This document shows, piece by piece, positions 25,880 through 40,671 of a DNA stretch of 64,000 nucleotides. Within the stretch, counting starts at the first letter, position 1, and each line of letters begins with the position of its first letter. Under the pieces are notes generated by a model that saw only the letters and a list, made by a program, of their open reading frames with translations, made no database searches and was not told the DNA's origin. The translations under genes were made by a program, and so were the position numbers. This stretch comes from Geosiphon pyriformis uo1. Lineage: Eukaryota; Fungi; Glomeromycota. The stretch is from positions 406,356 through 470,355 of the forward strand of contig JAAOMT010000239.1 of the NCBI GenBank assembly GCA_016748015.1, read 5' to 3'.

Positions 25880-27517
25880 TTATAAAATGACATGTTCAAA
25901 AGATTTTATCTCGATAGCTAAATTTTTGAACATTGTCCTCATTTTATTTTCGAAGCCACCATGATCACGTACAAAACTCACAACTTTCCCACTCTTTCCC
26001 ATCCGCCCAGTCCTGCCTGCCATATGCAAATAATTACTAGGAGAACTCGGCAGGCCGAGAATAAATACGTGGGTGACTCCGGGAATGTCTATTCCACGTG
26101 CAGAGAATTCTGTAGCAACATAAATCATACCCGGAGTACCATCTCCCATACCATACAAATTTGACGACTTACTGGTATTCATTTCGAATGATGTCAATTC
26201 TTTAGCTGGGAGACCCAATGAACGCAAACGGGACACCACTCTTGGCGCGGTGAATTGATTCGGTATGAATAAAATTGCTTTTTGAACATTTTCCATTTCC
26301 CAAGCCCCACAAACATTGTCCAACATAATATCATTGTCATCTTCAAAATCTACTGTATTATGTGATCGATATACATTTTCTGAGCCACCCGATTTATAAA
26401 AGTTTGAAAATTGAGGAAATTCATCTCTCGGTTTGAGATTTCGGATTTCTCTAGATCCAACAATAAGACAATGATGGTCTATCGTGGTTGGACTGAATGA
26501 TCCTTGAGTAATATCAACAAAAATTGGATCTATGACAAATTCATTCAAGTTCAAGTAAAACCGATGCATATGGTTGATAGTCGCTGAAGCCACCACAATT
26601 TGCGGTTTCTTCCGGCAACGTTTCATAACTTCTCTCGTTAACAGGTCAGCCGGTTTAGGATGTGCTTCACGGACTGCGATTCTTTTAATTGGGTCATATT
26701 TTTTAGGTAATCGAAGCAAATGGTCAACTTCGTCCAAAAATATTGTTTGCACATTAGAAAGATCTACATGTTCCCCAGCAACAATCTCGTAGATTCTTGT
26801 AGCAGTGCCTACTAAAAGATGTGGGGGTGTATCGGCCAAGTCTTTCACCTGCTGTAAAGGATCAATATCTTCACCTCGAGCGACAACCTGAATGATAGGT
26901 TTTATTGACGGAAAATTGACGCCTTGTATCACCATGCGCACCCAATTTTCAACTTGATATGCTAGCTCTCGACTTGGAAGAACCATAACGCTGGTTATAC
27001 AGGGGGATAGGCGTGTTGTTCGCAGCATAAATTTACTATGGGGTTTTGTGTGTGCTCGTGTTTTGCTTAGTAGCGCTAAAGTTACCCCAAATGTTTTTCC
27101 TGAACCTGTAAGATCGCGAATCAGGACATCTCTTCCTTTAAGAATTGGTGGTATTGAAAGTTTTTGACATATTGTTGGCTTTGTAATGTTATAATTACGA
27201 GCCAGTGCATCACAAATTGGTTGGCGTATACCTAAGTCCTGTAAGTTATATTAAGATCATTAATATTTACTTATAAAGTGTATCAAAAACTCAGCGAATT
27301 GACACGTTTTTACCGCAAACCCTTGGTCTTGAGTTTCCACAGGTGCTTCGATCTCGTTTTGAATAAATATTTCCTCAGTCTCCACATGGGGTTTTGGGAT
27401 CACCCTTCGTATAAGTTTTCCATCTTCAGTATTTATTGGCGGTATTCGAAGCGGTTTTCGCTCAACGCTTGCAAACGTGTACAGAGTTCGTCGCAAAATT
27501 AACCTATTAGTTATCAT
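25880..27517 (-). CDS. DEAD-box RNA helicase (DEVD variant), possibly mitochondrial, 2 exons
   Basis: Q-motif-like FA|DLGIRQ...KPTICQ, DLTGSGKT, PSRELA, DEVD, SAT, ARGIDIP and YLHMAGRTGRMG. The Arg-rich N-terminus MITNRLILRRTLYTFAS resembles a presequence. Confidence 0.88.
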
Positions 27518-27652
27518 GCTGTTTGAATATTTTCCAATGGGACACAAAATTATATCATTTCCATCTGAGTCTGGGTGACTCATGATGACCACACGGAGAT
27601 CCCATCTAACAAATTTTTATATATGATATAATATTAATATATATTATTTTTA

Positions 27653-28787
27653 GGGAATTGCTAAATAGACCCACCCGCAACACGTGATATTAATATATAT
27701 AGAATTTTAATATTTATTTATTAGTAATTCTAATAAATATTAGTTTAATTAAAATAAAAAATAATTTTCTTATATTAGATTATATATTTAATTTTTTATT
27801 ATGTCTTAAGTAATTTTATAATGTTTTATAATTAAAAAACATTTCATTGTGGACAGATCCGAATATTATGGCCTTGTTTCTTACAAATTTTACATTTATG
27901 TACTTGAATTTGAGAAAAAACATTTTCAAACAATTTCAAATTGAGATAAATTTCATTGAATAAATGATTCTTGATGAGCAATATTTTTTTTAAAGTGATT
28001 TAAAGCACCTAAAAAACATTCTCAAGTTCATTGATTAAAAAGATTCTTAATTGTAAGAGATGTGATTCAAATCTAAATTAATTGAGTCTATTTTTTGAAA
28101 ATGTGTCTGTTCATTATAAATAATCTTTAAAATTACATGTTGTTCAAGATCTTTCTGTTGTAATGTTGTTAAAATTGCCTTTGATGCAATGTCTGCACTT
28201 AACATTTGTGAAACTAATACTTTCTGTTTGGATTTAAATCATTGAGCAATAAGATGTCCAACAATATTATCAGATGACTCATGATTATGTTTAGTATTGT
28301 GAACTGTTAAATACTAGTGTTTATTAGCTTTGAGTAATCGTACATATACAGTAAAAGGGCAGTTTGTTAATTGAGTTTCTGTTTTTCATTGTCAATCTTC
28401 TAATACAAGTCTTTTAAAAACATTATATTCATTTTTCCGATTAATTTAAAGGTAATATGAGTACTATTAATAGCAGAGCATCTTTTTGTAGCTACATATT
28501 CTTGGGAATATGTAAAGATATTAAGACTTTCTATTATTATCTTACAAGAGCTATATGATGTTTCTAAAGATATTAACATTATATGAATATAATCTGTAAT
28601 TTTATAAAAAGATGTAACTACTTGTAAAATCAAAAGAAAACTTATTAAGTTTATTTTAAAGCTCTTTAATTATAAACTTATTAATATGTTCTTATATATA
28701 GTTGAATATGAAACTATAACATAAATAATATCACATGATGGGAGTGGGTCAATTTAGCAAAAAAAGTAGGTCAATTTAGCAATTTCT
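27653..28787 (-). mobile_element. Decayed, internally deleted Mutator-like (MULE) DNA transposon
   Basis: Imperfect TIRs (GGGAATTGCTAAATAGACCCAC at the left; GTAGGTCAATTTAGCAATTTCT at the right) and a (T)TATTTTTA 8-9-bp TSD. The minus strand at ~28080-28390 reads TQLTNCPFTVYVR...HNTKHNHESSDNIVGHLIA...IIYN, a FAR1/WRKY-like MULE N-terminal domain with stops. Confidence 0.7.
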
Positions 28788-30173
28788 TATTTTTATTGAT
28801 TAAAATAATATTATATAGATAATAATATGTCATCTATAATTTATATAATTTGTGACCAATTATAAATTACAATATATAGTATTCATATTTTGTTATATAA
28901 TTTCTAATTTTTTACTTCAAAATTTTAAAAAAATGTGTGTTTTATGAAAATAAATATAAAAATATGTATATAAGATATAAATTATATTTTTTAATATTAT
29001 AATTAATAGTATCAATGATTTTTATTAAACTGGTTTATATATTATATTAAATTAAATATTGATATAAATTAACACAAAAAAAATATCCAAGTTGTCTTTA
29101 AAAAAAAATATGTATAAAAATAATTATAAAAGTACAAGTTTATATGTTAAAATTATTTTAATTTTTAATTTTTAATTTAAAAATTTGTAAAATAGTTTCA
29201 TTAAATACTTTAAGATAATATAAATAAAAATACAACTAAATTAAATAGTTAAAATTTTATAAATTATTGTAATTTTAGTTATATTTACTTTAAGTTTTTA
29301 TTTTTTTAAATTAAATTAAATAGTTAAAACTTTATAAATAAAAATAAATTACCAATTGTAATTTTATATTTATATTAAGTTTTTTATTTTTTTTATTTAA
29401 TTATAAGTTTTTGTACTAATTAAATTTTTATTATAGAAAAATTAATATAATTATAAAAATTTATTTGAAAAAAACTTAAATTATAATCAAATAATAATAT
29501 AATTATAGATGTAAATTTGGTAGTTATTATAAACCAAAAAAACAAATTAATATAATAATTAGTATAATCATAAATTAAAATACTAAAAATATAAATAATA
29601 TATTAAATTATTTTTGAAACCATTTTTAATTTTTATAAAACAAAAAAAATTCTTTTTTTCTTATATTCAAAAATTTTTCAAAGAATATATTAATTAAAAG
29701 AAGTTTTTTTAACTATTTAGTTTAATATATATAAATTGTTATTACTTAAATAAAAAAGCCAATCTAAAAGTTATTAAAAAAATGTAATTAAAATATAATA
29801 ACATAGAAAAAACATGATAATATGAAATAATACAGAATTATATGTAATAATTTAGGATAATACAAGATAATACACAATAATATAAAATAGCACAGAATAA
29901 TTAGCCATAATATAAAATAATTAGTTATAGTGTAAAAAAACAAAACAAAAACAGTAAAAATAAGTAATAATTAGTAATAACAACTAATTAAAAACAATCT
30001 TGTAAAATTAAAAAATATGTATAAAAATAAGTAGTTTTAATAAAAAAAAGAAGAACATATAAACAAGAATCAATATTTTTTTACTTATATTTTATATCTA
30101 TTTTAGATCAATTTTACCTATATATTATATCTATATTATCTTAAATAAAAGAAAATATTTAAAATAAAACCAT

Positions 30174-30811
30174 TGTTACCCGAGTAGAAAAACCGATCCA
30201 AAGTTATGAAGAAACATGACCAAAACGTGACATAACACAGAATAACATGCAATAACATTGCATAATACATTATAACATAAGATAACGTGTTATAATGCAG
30301 GATAACACAGAATAGCACGCAATAATATAGGATAACGTGTTATAACGCAGGATAACACAGAATAACATGTAATAATATTAGATAACGTATTATAACATAG
30401 AATAACTAGTGATAACGTAGAAAAACGAAGTAATAACAGAAACAACAAAGCAATAGCTAGCAATAGTGAAACAATTAAAAGCAATTCTGTAAAACCAAAA
30501 GAATGTATAAATGCAAGTAGTTGTAGAAATGAGAAAAGACAGACAGATAGATACAAACCTTTAGACCAAAATTAAAATATCCATACCTCTTTATTCTTTA
30601 TTATTTTTCCTATTTCATCTTCTGAAATAAACCAATTATTAAAGAAATCAGAATCACGAATTCATGTTTTCGAACTTTGTGGAATTTACATGAATTAACC
30701 CTTGTTTTGTATCTCCATTCTAGAACAGATGCTCTTAGTATAACCACCTAAAATCTATTAATGATTTGGACCAATCGCTCTTGATCACAGCAATTAACAA
30801 TACTAATTTAT

Positions 30812-30861
<50 letters not shown>

Positions 30862-31260
30862 CTGTCTTATTTTTGTGAAGCAACAACATAGTAAAATTGA
30901 CTGTCTGGAAATAGACTTCATAATAGTCTGGTAAAAGAGGGAAGCTCCTTCTAAGCTTTGAATATTAACATTATCTTGTTAGCTTACCAGAAGGGCAAAA
31001 AGACAATACCAGACTCTAATGACTGTGCTCGTTAGCTCGGAAAAGAAAGCTCACATTTACGAAAAACGTTGCAATCAATGAAAGACAAACTCTGTGCCTT
31101 ATAACCAAAGAACTCAACAGGTAAAATTTACATCTAGGAATAGATCTTTAGAAACTAATAATCAAGATTAAGCCAACAGAATTACATGGAAGATACATTA
31201 TCAATAATTGAGAGCACCAAATGTTATCATTTCCCATACCCACCAAGTTTACCCATAACA
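30174..31260 (+). repeat. 5' LTR of Gypsy A
   Basis: Starts TGTTACC, ends CATAACA, colinear with 39316-40460. Contains a ~10-bp ATAAC-core tandem array (~30220-30420) and poly(T) at 30813-30861. Confidence 0.95.
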
Positions 31261-31279
31261 TTTAATGCTCTCTGTGAGG
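31261..31279 (+). promoter_or_regulatory. Primer-binding site of Gypsy A (TGG mutated to TAA)
   Basis: TTTAATGCTCTCTGTGAGG directly follows the 5' LTR. The element C counterpart TTTGGTGTTC... shows the ancestral TGG. The cognate tRNA was not identified. Confidence 0.75.
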
Positions 31280-34200
31280 TTATAAATCCATAGAGACAGA
31301 GCACCCCCAAAAATACATAAAAGTAGTAACTATTGGAACAATAGAAAAAGACCACTCCTCATACAAAAAAGCACTATTTCAATACTTTTGAAAAGACCTA
31401 GGAATACCAGCAAAAACCACTTATACAGAAAGTGATTTTTGTAACTATATCAACGCAAAAATTGACTGCTTGTTAGGCTGCACAACTGATACAGGAAGAC
31501 TTGGAGAACAAATCTATCAAAGCTTACTAGAGTACTCAACAGCCACAACTACCCGAGCAATCACTGAAACTCTGCACATAATTGATACAGACATTAAATA
31601 TTACATGGCACAATGATTCCCTCAAGCACAACAACCAGTGGAATCTGACCCTGAGGAATACAAAAACGAATCCAACAATTCTGTAACTGCCCAAGCCAAG
31701 TCCACAGTCAACAAGAAACCAAGAGTTTTCTCCCCAACAACTCCATCATACTATCAAACACCCCAAAGTAGAATTGTATTCAACCCATTCCCGGAAACTC
31801 AGTCGGAAACACCACAAACTCCTGGAAATCCACACCCTTGGAATCAACACAGTTGGACCAAATCACTAGAAAAATATGGATTGCTGTTGGAAATCTTACC
31901 CCAGCAGCCAGTCAAACAGAAGGAAACCCGTCAACTTGGGAACAGCCACCAGCACAAAACCTAGCAGAATCAGCATTTCCCTTGACGGAAGAAACAGCTA
32001 TCTTACAACCTATTGGTTCAAGTAACAAAGGAAAGCAATCAGCATTAGCACCTGGAGAACACTCAAATACGCAGACACCAATCCCTTTAAACATAACAAG
32101 TAACACCCCATCCATTAACCAGATCATGGCTTACCAGAATATTGCTAAATTGGAAAAATTCTCTGGTAAAGAAGATAATGCATATTCTTGGATTGCAGAT
32201 GCCAAGAAAGTAATTACTGCTAATGGTTAGAATGACAACCACACAATTTAGGCACTGCCATTCTTTCTGACCAGAACTGCCAATTCATGGTATCAGAGCC
32301 TGGCAGAGAAGCCTACCTCTTTTACTGAGTTTAAACTCACATTTTTGCAATACTTTTATGACCCTAATACGTTAATCCAATTGCAGAATCAATTCAGCAT
32401 AATTAAACAAAAAGATCACAAAGTAGTAACTACTTATTTTGGACAATTCAATTAAATCCTGCATCAAATATTAGCTATCGAAAGGGACTACTACACCACA
32501 GTGCAAGTTCTTAATCAATTCATTAAAGGATTGTGGAGTAGTATTCTAAGATCCGTAAGACCCTGCCATCTGACCAGTTTACAAGACACCATCGCTCTTG
32601 CTTGCGATTTTGAGTCTGTAGAACAAAAAGCAAACCATACCCAAGCCATTAATTTAGCCATTAATGGAACCTTTGACATTGATGCAAAGATAACCCAATT
32701 GAGTGGGAAACTAACTCAGAAAATTGAGGGATTCTTAGCTGGAACTACAGAAACTTACCAACCATCCCAACAGAAAGAAAATAACAACAACAGCAGATAC
32801 CCACAGCAACAGAACTGTCAGCAACAGCAACAACCTTGGAGATCCAATCCTCACAACTGTTACTACTGCCAGAAATCTGGACACATCGCCCGTGACTACA
32901 GAAGGAAGATCATGGACCAAAATCAAGGAAACTCATACCAGCAACCCAGATATCAGCAAAACATGGTACCCCAATATTCCATATCTCAGAATCAACTGCC
33001 CCTATATGCACAACAAGTCCTGTACACTCAACTACTGTCCCAGAATTATTATCAACCACCACCAATGATACAAGCAATCCCTCACTATCAAACTTCCCCT
33101 TACAGTCCATCCAGACCTCAAGCTATAGACTATAATCAGGGATGGAGAAATCTCAACAACAATTAGGTGCAAACCAACAATAGACCATCTCGACCAATCC
33201 CTCATGGTCCTGCCCAATCTCGACCAATACCAACTGGATACTCGAATCAAGCTTCCTATCTTGGTCTTATGGAAGACTAGGGTTTTGATAAATCTACACC
33301 TATGAAAGAAAAGGATATAGGACGAATTTCCCAATCTTCCAAGCAAACAAAAAGCAATATCTTACCAGCCACTATTACCGAAGACACCACTCTAGCCACC
33401 ATATTTCCTTTTGACATCGATAATTTGAACATCCATAGCTTTTTTAGTGAAGCAGCCATCAATCAGGATAAACCAATAACGGCCCTATACACTGATGCCA
33501 GAGTTGGAGGAATAGACATTAAATTAATTCTGGATAGCAGATCAGCCAGTAGCATAATTACAAAGCAACTCATGAACCAACTAGGTCACTGAGTAGACTG
33601 TGCTGCTACCACTTGGATTATTACAGTAGATGGAAACACAAAAACCCTGATAAGAGAAATTGACAACTTCCCCTTCGAGATTAATGGAATCCAAATTTCT
33701 ACCAAAGTACTTGTTATGGAAACTATTCAATATTAAGCTCTAGTAAGAAATGACTGGTTGTCAAAAGCCAATGCTACTCTCGACTGGAACACCCAAGAAC
33801 TTCAACTCATGTTCAATGGACAGCATGCCTGAGTCCCAGCTATGTGCAGACACTTTAAAACCCAATGTACCGAGGAATCCCTTATTAAATTCAAAGACAC
33901 ATCAATGCCACCAACTATTGAGACCTATCAGGTTTCATGGATGGATGATTATTGAACTGAACTACCCCCACCACCAACCTGGAAAAAAAAAGGAAAAAGC
34001 AGAGCTGAAGAAGAACCCCAATTGTCATCACTAAGATACATAACCTTAGACCAAAGAAACTTATTTTACCAACCCCCAAGACTAATATGTGTCAATTGTG
34101 GAAAAAAACTATCCACTATGGGTGCATGTATTGGGGACAACAAAAAATGGCCCACTGCCACCAAATACTATTGCAGATCTTGTTTACTGGAAAGATTTGG

Positions 34201-37200
34201 ATGATCAAAATGATAAGGCAAGTAGGACAACATGCCATGCCTCGCATGTGATGAAATCCTGCCAGATCAAGAACTCTGAAATGATGTGCCTGGCAGAGGA
34301 GGAACATGTAACGAGGCTTGTCAATACACCATATTAATTAACAATTGGGTACAAAAAGAAACCCCCATCAAGGATGCTTAGAAACGAGCACTCAACAGGC
34401 TGGACGGTTATCCACATGATGACCATAAAATCTGGAGAATGGCAAGTGCCAAGGCCGAAGGCACCACGCCTGAAGAAATATAAGAAATCAAGAACAACCC
34501 TTGAATGTCTGAATATAATGGACCTGACTACCCCGAGAATGATTTCTTCACAGATGACCCAGATGTATTTCAGAACTGATATCAGGAATTGGCCCCGACT
34601 TGCAAAAAACAGGAGCAAAGGTTGGCCGATTTGAATACCAAACTGTGCAATCACTGTTTGATTCTCTGTTACTTCTAGTACTGCAACGAATATGATCTCA
34701 TGTTCAATCTGTCTCTAAGAATACTGTTTCCAATCACCAAACTACCTGAGCCTGAAGAAGAAATATTGATCACCAAGGACATGTTGTTTCAAGATCCAAC
34801 TGAAGATACCGAAACAGAACAGTATCTCGCATATTCCAACCTATTCAAAGAACTAGAGCTAAAATGGTACAGTGACAACAAGGAAAAAATCTGTTCTGAA
34901 AGAGCGCATGACACTGATGCTGGTTTCAACCTATGATACCCTGGACAATCACCCATCATTATAGCCTCACATTCCCTCATAAAAATAGATCTTAAGATAG
35001 TGTTAGAAATTCCTGTTAGTACAATGGTACAAGTTGCCTCTCGATCTAGTCTAGCCAAGAAAGAAATCGACATAAAAAGAGGAATCATTGATGCCAGTTA
35101 CATAGGAAACATCATCATGATGCTACAGAACAATTTGAACAGACTCTATAAAATAGAATCACAAGAAAAGATTGCCCAAGCTATCTTCCTACCCCTAGTC
35201 AAAATACTCCAATTAACCCTGGTAACAACTTGAGAAGAGTTAGGTGTCACTGTCCAAGAAATCAACGGGTTTAAATCAAGTAGAAGAGGAAATGTACCAG
35301 TTAATTTCACAGAGGAAAACAGTAACCAGGTAAAATTTATCAACACTGATACTGTCATCTCCATTCTCCCATACTGACAATACATCCTCAAAGTGAATCA
35401 AAAGATCCAAGATCAAGCCCTGTTATTCAAAGCCAGTCCCAAAATCTGTTCCCTAACCAATGTTGCTAATCTATATCTACCAGCCAAAGCCTATAAACAC
35501 TTCAAAATCCCCATCCACAACCCGACAGAAGATGTCATTGAAATCCCCAAAGGGACTCTCATCAGTTCCATATCCGCAGATATTCAGAATCCTGAAAAAC
35601 CCCAGTCCATTCCAGATTTCGCACAATTATTTTTATTCTGTAACATTACCTCACAAGTATAAAATTTGCCAAAAAAAAGTTACTTGTTCACACCAAAAGA
35701 GATCAATAAATTGAATTTAGGAAATTTAAGTACTTTGCAACAAATACAACTCAAAGTTCTTCTGAATCAGTATGTTGATGTCTTTGCCAGCAAAAATGAG
35801 TTCAGACACATTAACATCGTGAAGCATCAGATTGATACGGGAGATGCTCGACTGATTAAGCAACGAGTTTATCACGTACTCTCATCTGGTGATAACTTAA
35901 TTAAGCAAGAAGTGCAATAGATGCTTGATAATGGCCTAATCAAAGAATCGTTAAGCCCTTGGTCCTTGCCAGTAGTCTTGGTCACCAAGAAAAATGGAAA
36001 AGTGTGATTTTGTATAAATTATTGAAAACTAAATAGCGTCATGCGAGGAGATAGTTATCTCACTCCCCTTATCCAGGAAATTTTGGACAATCTAGGGAAA
36101 AAGAAATGGTTCTCGTCATTAAATTTAGCAAGTGGTTACTGGCAAGTTGAAATAGACCCCAAAGACAAAGGAAAAACAGCATTTACCACTCGAGACAGAA
36201 ACTTCGAGTTTAACATAATGCCTTTTGGACTTTGTAATGCTCCTGCCACATTTCAACGCCTGATGGATGTAGTATACAAAGAAATCCTTTGGAAATCAGT
36301 AGTAGTCTACTTAGATAACACAAACGTGTTCTCCGAAACATTCGAAAACCATCTGCTTCACCTGCAACAAGTCTTCGAATGCCTTCGTAGTGCTGGATTG
36401 AAACTCAATCCCGAGAAGTGCTTCTTTGGAAAAACCAAATTAAAATTCCTAGAACATGTAATTAGCAAGAATGGAGTTAAACTCGATTCAGATAAAGTAC
36501 AAAAAGTCAAGGATTTTCCAGCCCCAATCAACTTCAGAGAATTACGAAAATTTTTAGGATTGGCAGAATATTATCGTCAATTTGTCAAAGGTTTCTTGAA
36601 CATCACAAAACCACTCCATCAATTGTTGTCCAAATACGTACCATATTTGTGAAAAGAAAATCAACAGAAAGCATTCGACTATCTCAAGCAGTGATTGATT
36701 ACATCCCCAATCCTAATTTACCCAGATTTCACTAAATGGTTCATTGTCACTACGGACACCTCGAAAAATGCTCTAGAAGCAGTCTTATCACAGATAAGAC
36801 TGGACAATAGAAAACATCCAGTTGTCTACACTAGTCGCAGCACTAGCCCAGCAGAAAAGAATTACAGCACAACAGATCTGGAATGTCTCACCATTTATTG
36901 GGCCATACAGACTTGGAAACATTACCTCAGTCAACCATTTAACCTATATACTGACCACAAAGGACTTATTTGGTTACTCAACAATCCACAACTAAAAGGA
37001 AAATATGTAAGATGGAATACTTATCTGCAACAATTCCCACTCAAAGTTCATTACAAGGAAGGATCCAAGAACACCAATGCCGACAGTTTGTCGAAGATGC
37101 CACAAATCTAATCCCAGACCCATGGACACACTCACTTATCAATGACTACATCAGTACCTATCGACACTACGTTTCAAGGAAATATTATCTCAATAGGAAC

Positions 37201-38490
37201 AGAGTATCATACGAAAACAAGCCCGAAATTATTTTATTCAAGACAACCAACTATATTGACGAGAATGCTGAAACCACCCCAACCCACAATGACTAATCAA
37301 GAACAGTGAAAAAGAAACTATACTATATAGTGTGCACTCAGATCTGACTGCAGGACACTTTAACAAAGATGCTACCTTCGAAAGAACACTAAACTTATAC
37401 TATTGGCCAATAATATACAAAAACATTTTCAAATACATGCTCAATTGTGACACATGTCAGTGAAGAGGAGGAGCAAAATCAACAGAACCACTTCAACCCA
37501 TTCCAATTGGAAATCCATTTGATAGAATCGGGATTGATTTGATTGGATCTCTTTCAATTACATCCCAAGAAAATCACTATATTACTATAGCCGTAGACTA
37601 TTTTACAAAATGGTCAGAAGCCAGAGCAATCCAAGTGGCTAACGCCAAAACAGTCACTGAATTTGTGCATCAAAACCTAATTTGCTGACATGGATGTCCG
37701 AAAGAATTATTATCTGATCAGGGAACACACTTTATTAATAATACGCTGACTGAACTAAGCCAATGATTTGGAATAAAGAAACCCTTATCATCACCATACC
37801 ACCCACAAATGAATGAACTAGTAGAACAATTTAACAGAACACTGTGCAAAGCACTAGCAAAAATAAGTCATGAAAACAGACAAGAATGGGACTTATTCAT
37901 ATCTTCTGTACTCTTTACATACCAAACATTGAAACAAAATATGACTCAGTTCACACCATTTAAACTAGTCTATGGAAAAAAAGCTATGTTACCAATTGAA
38001 TGAGTGATACCATCATACCCAACAGAAACAATCAATGAAGAGAATTTTGAGACTATCTTACATCAAAAAATGTACCAGCTAATGGAAACGTTGGAAAACA
38101 ATTGAAGAACAGCAGCTGACAATATTAGTCATGCTCAAGAATGACAAAATGAAAAACATGATAAACACCTATCAGAACAACCAATAGAATTCAAGATTGG
38201 AGACCAAGTACTGTTACATTATACAAAAGCTGAGAAACAGTGGAGTGGAAAGTTCGACCCAAAGTGGGACAGTTCATTTCACATACATGAAGCATTAGGA
38301 AATGGAGCTTACAAATTACGATTGGAAAACAAGATTTTAAAGAAAGTAGCACATGGAAATTGGTTAAAAATTTATCATGTAAAACAGGAATCATCATTAT
38401 CAGTACCTCAACTAGGAACACAAATTTCATTAATCAGACCAGAAGATATACCATGAAATCTGGAACCAATCATCATCATCAAAACATAGA
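31280..38490 (+). pseudogene. Gag-pol of Gypsy A (many stops)
   Basis: Gag (KLEKFSGKEDNAYSW; knuckle CYYCQKSGHIARD), protease LILDSRSA, dUTPase ERAHDTDAGFNL/ASRSSLAKK/KIAQAIF, RT MPFGLCNAPATFQ...YLDN, RNase H TDTS...NYSTTDLECL...TDHK, integrase SDQG...SPYHPQ. Boundaries are approximate. Confidence 0.9.
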
Positions 38491-38569
38491 CAATGGACAG
38501 CAAATTAAATTGGGGAATTCAAATATATATAGCATCTGAAAAGCAGCAAGAAACAATAGAAATTTCAAC

Positions 38570-39301
38570 ATGGACCTTTCAGATCAAATTTTAAAATTAT
38601 CTAAACAATTATTTGAAACAATTCAAAAATTGACATCTCAAATAGAAATAACAATTGATAAAAAAGAGATACAGTACAAAGATAAGAGCAGAAGAGGGGA
38701 GAACAAGAGTTCAATTAGAACTAAATATTCTCTTCCCTATTCACCACCCAAAAGGCAATGTTGGAGGAAAAATTGCCTTTAGGCGGGAGATAAAAAAGAA
38801 GGAGGCAAAGAATAAGAAAAAGATTACAAAAGAAGATACTTGGTCCCCGAGCTCGAAAAAATAAAAGAAGCTTTAGCTTGTAGAACCAAACTCCCCAAAA
38901 CAGGGGAGTGGACACTTGACAACACCCAGGAATAAAAAGAAAGACTTCCTCTAGCTTATTGGTTCTACAAAATTGGAGAACAACTTGACTTGAAAACACC
39001 ATACAAAGACTTCAGCCAGAAAACATTCAACAAAGAAGCAATACAACAAGTAGAAAAATTCATAGGGAAAAACAATCTGACCCTATATTACAAAGCAGCA
39101 TACTGACTATATGTCTTCTAACATTGCCCAAACGTACTACTGAATGGATCTATAAAAACCATAATGGTTAACAACATAGGATGAATAACCAATCAACAGT
39201 TTAAAGACCTACAAAAGGCAATACTCGAGACAACAATCAAACATTACACAAATGAAGCCATGATAACAAATACATATGGTTTTACAGGAGCTCAATTTTA
39301 A
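38570..39301 (+). pseudogene. Extra 3' ORF (ORF3) of Gypsy A, unknown function, interrupted by stops
   Basis: 244-codon frame from MDLSDQILKLSKQLFETIQKLTSQIEITI to FTGAQF*, directly before the PPT. Homologous to 57549-58217. Confidence 0.75.
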
Positions 39302-39315
39302 AAAGAGAGGGATAA

Positions 39316-40460
<1,145 letters not shown>

Positions 40461-40671
40461 CCATTTATATATGATTTACATATTTTTGTATTTAATTTAA
40501 ATTAATTATTTTTTTTACTTTTGTTTTTGGTCAGATATTTTTTTTTTTATTTATTTTAACGAATGAGGTTCAAACACTACCTAGTACAATACATTATACA
40601 AGTAATCTAAACTAGGCATGAATCATGCTCTTTCTACACGTGACTAGCCACTCAGACTAGTCAGGACAACA

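Noticed and set aside
28800-29780. Extremely AT-rich stretch with a short direct repeat (similar stretch at 12230-12900)
   Set aside because: No recoverable coding signal or termini; probably terminally decayed TE DNA, but it cannot be classified.
30220-30420. CRISPR-like appearance of the periodic repeats
   Set aside because: Tandem ~10-bp units without unique spacers, inside a eukaryotic LTR; no cas genes.
30290-30556. Hydrophobic antisense ORF open in both A LTRs (also 39432-39698)
   Set aside because: TTG start. The hydrophobicity follows from the T-rich strand and the tandem decamers, and presence in both LTRs is not independent evidence.
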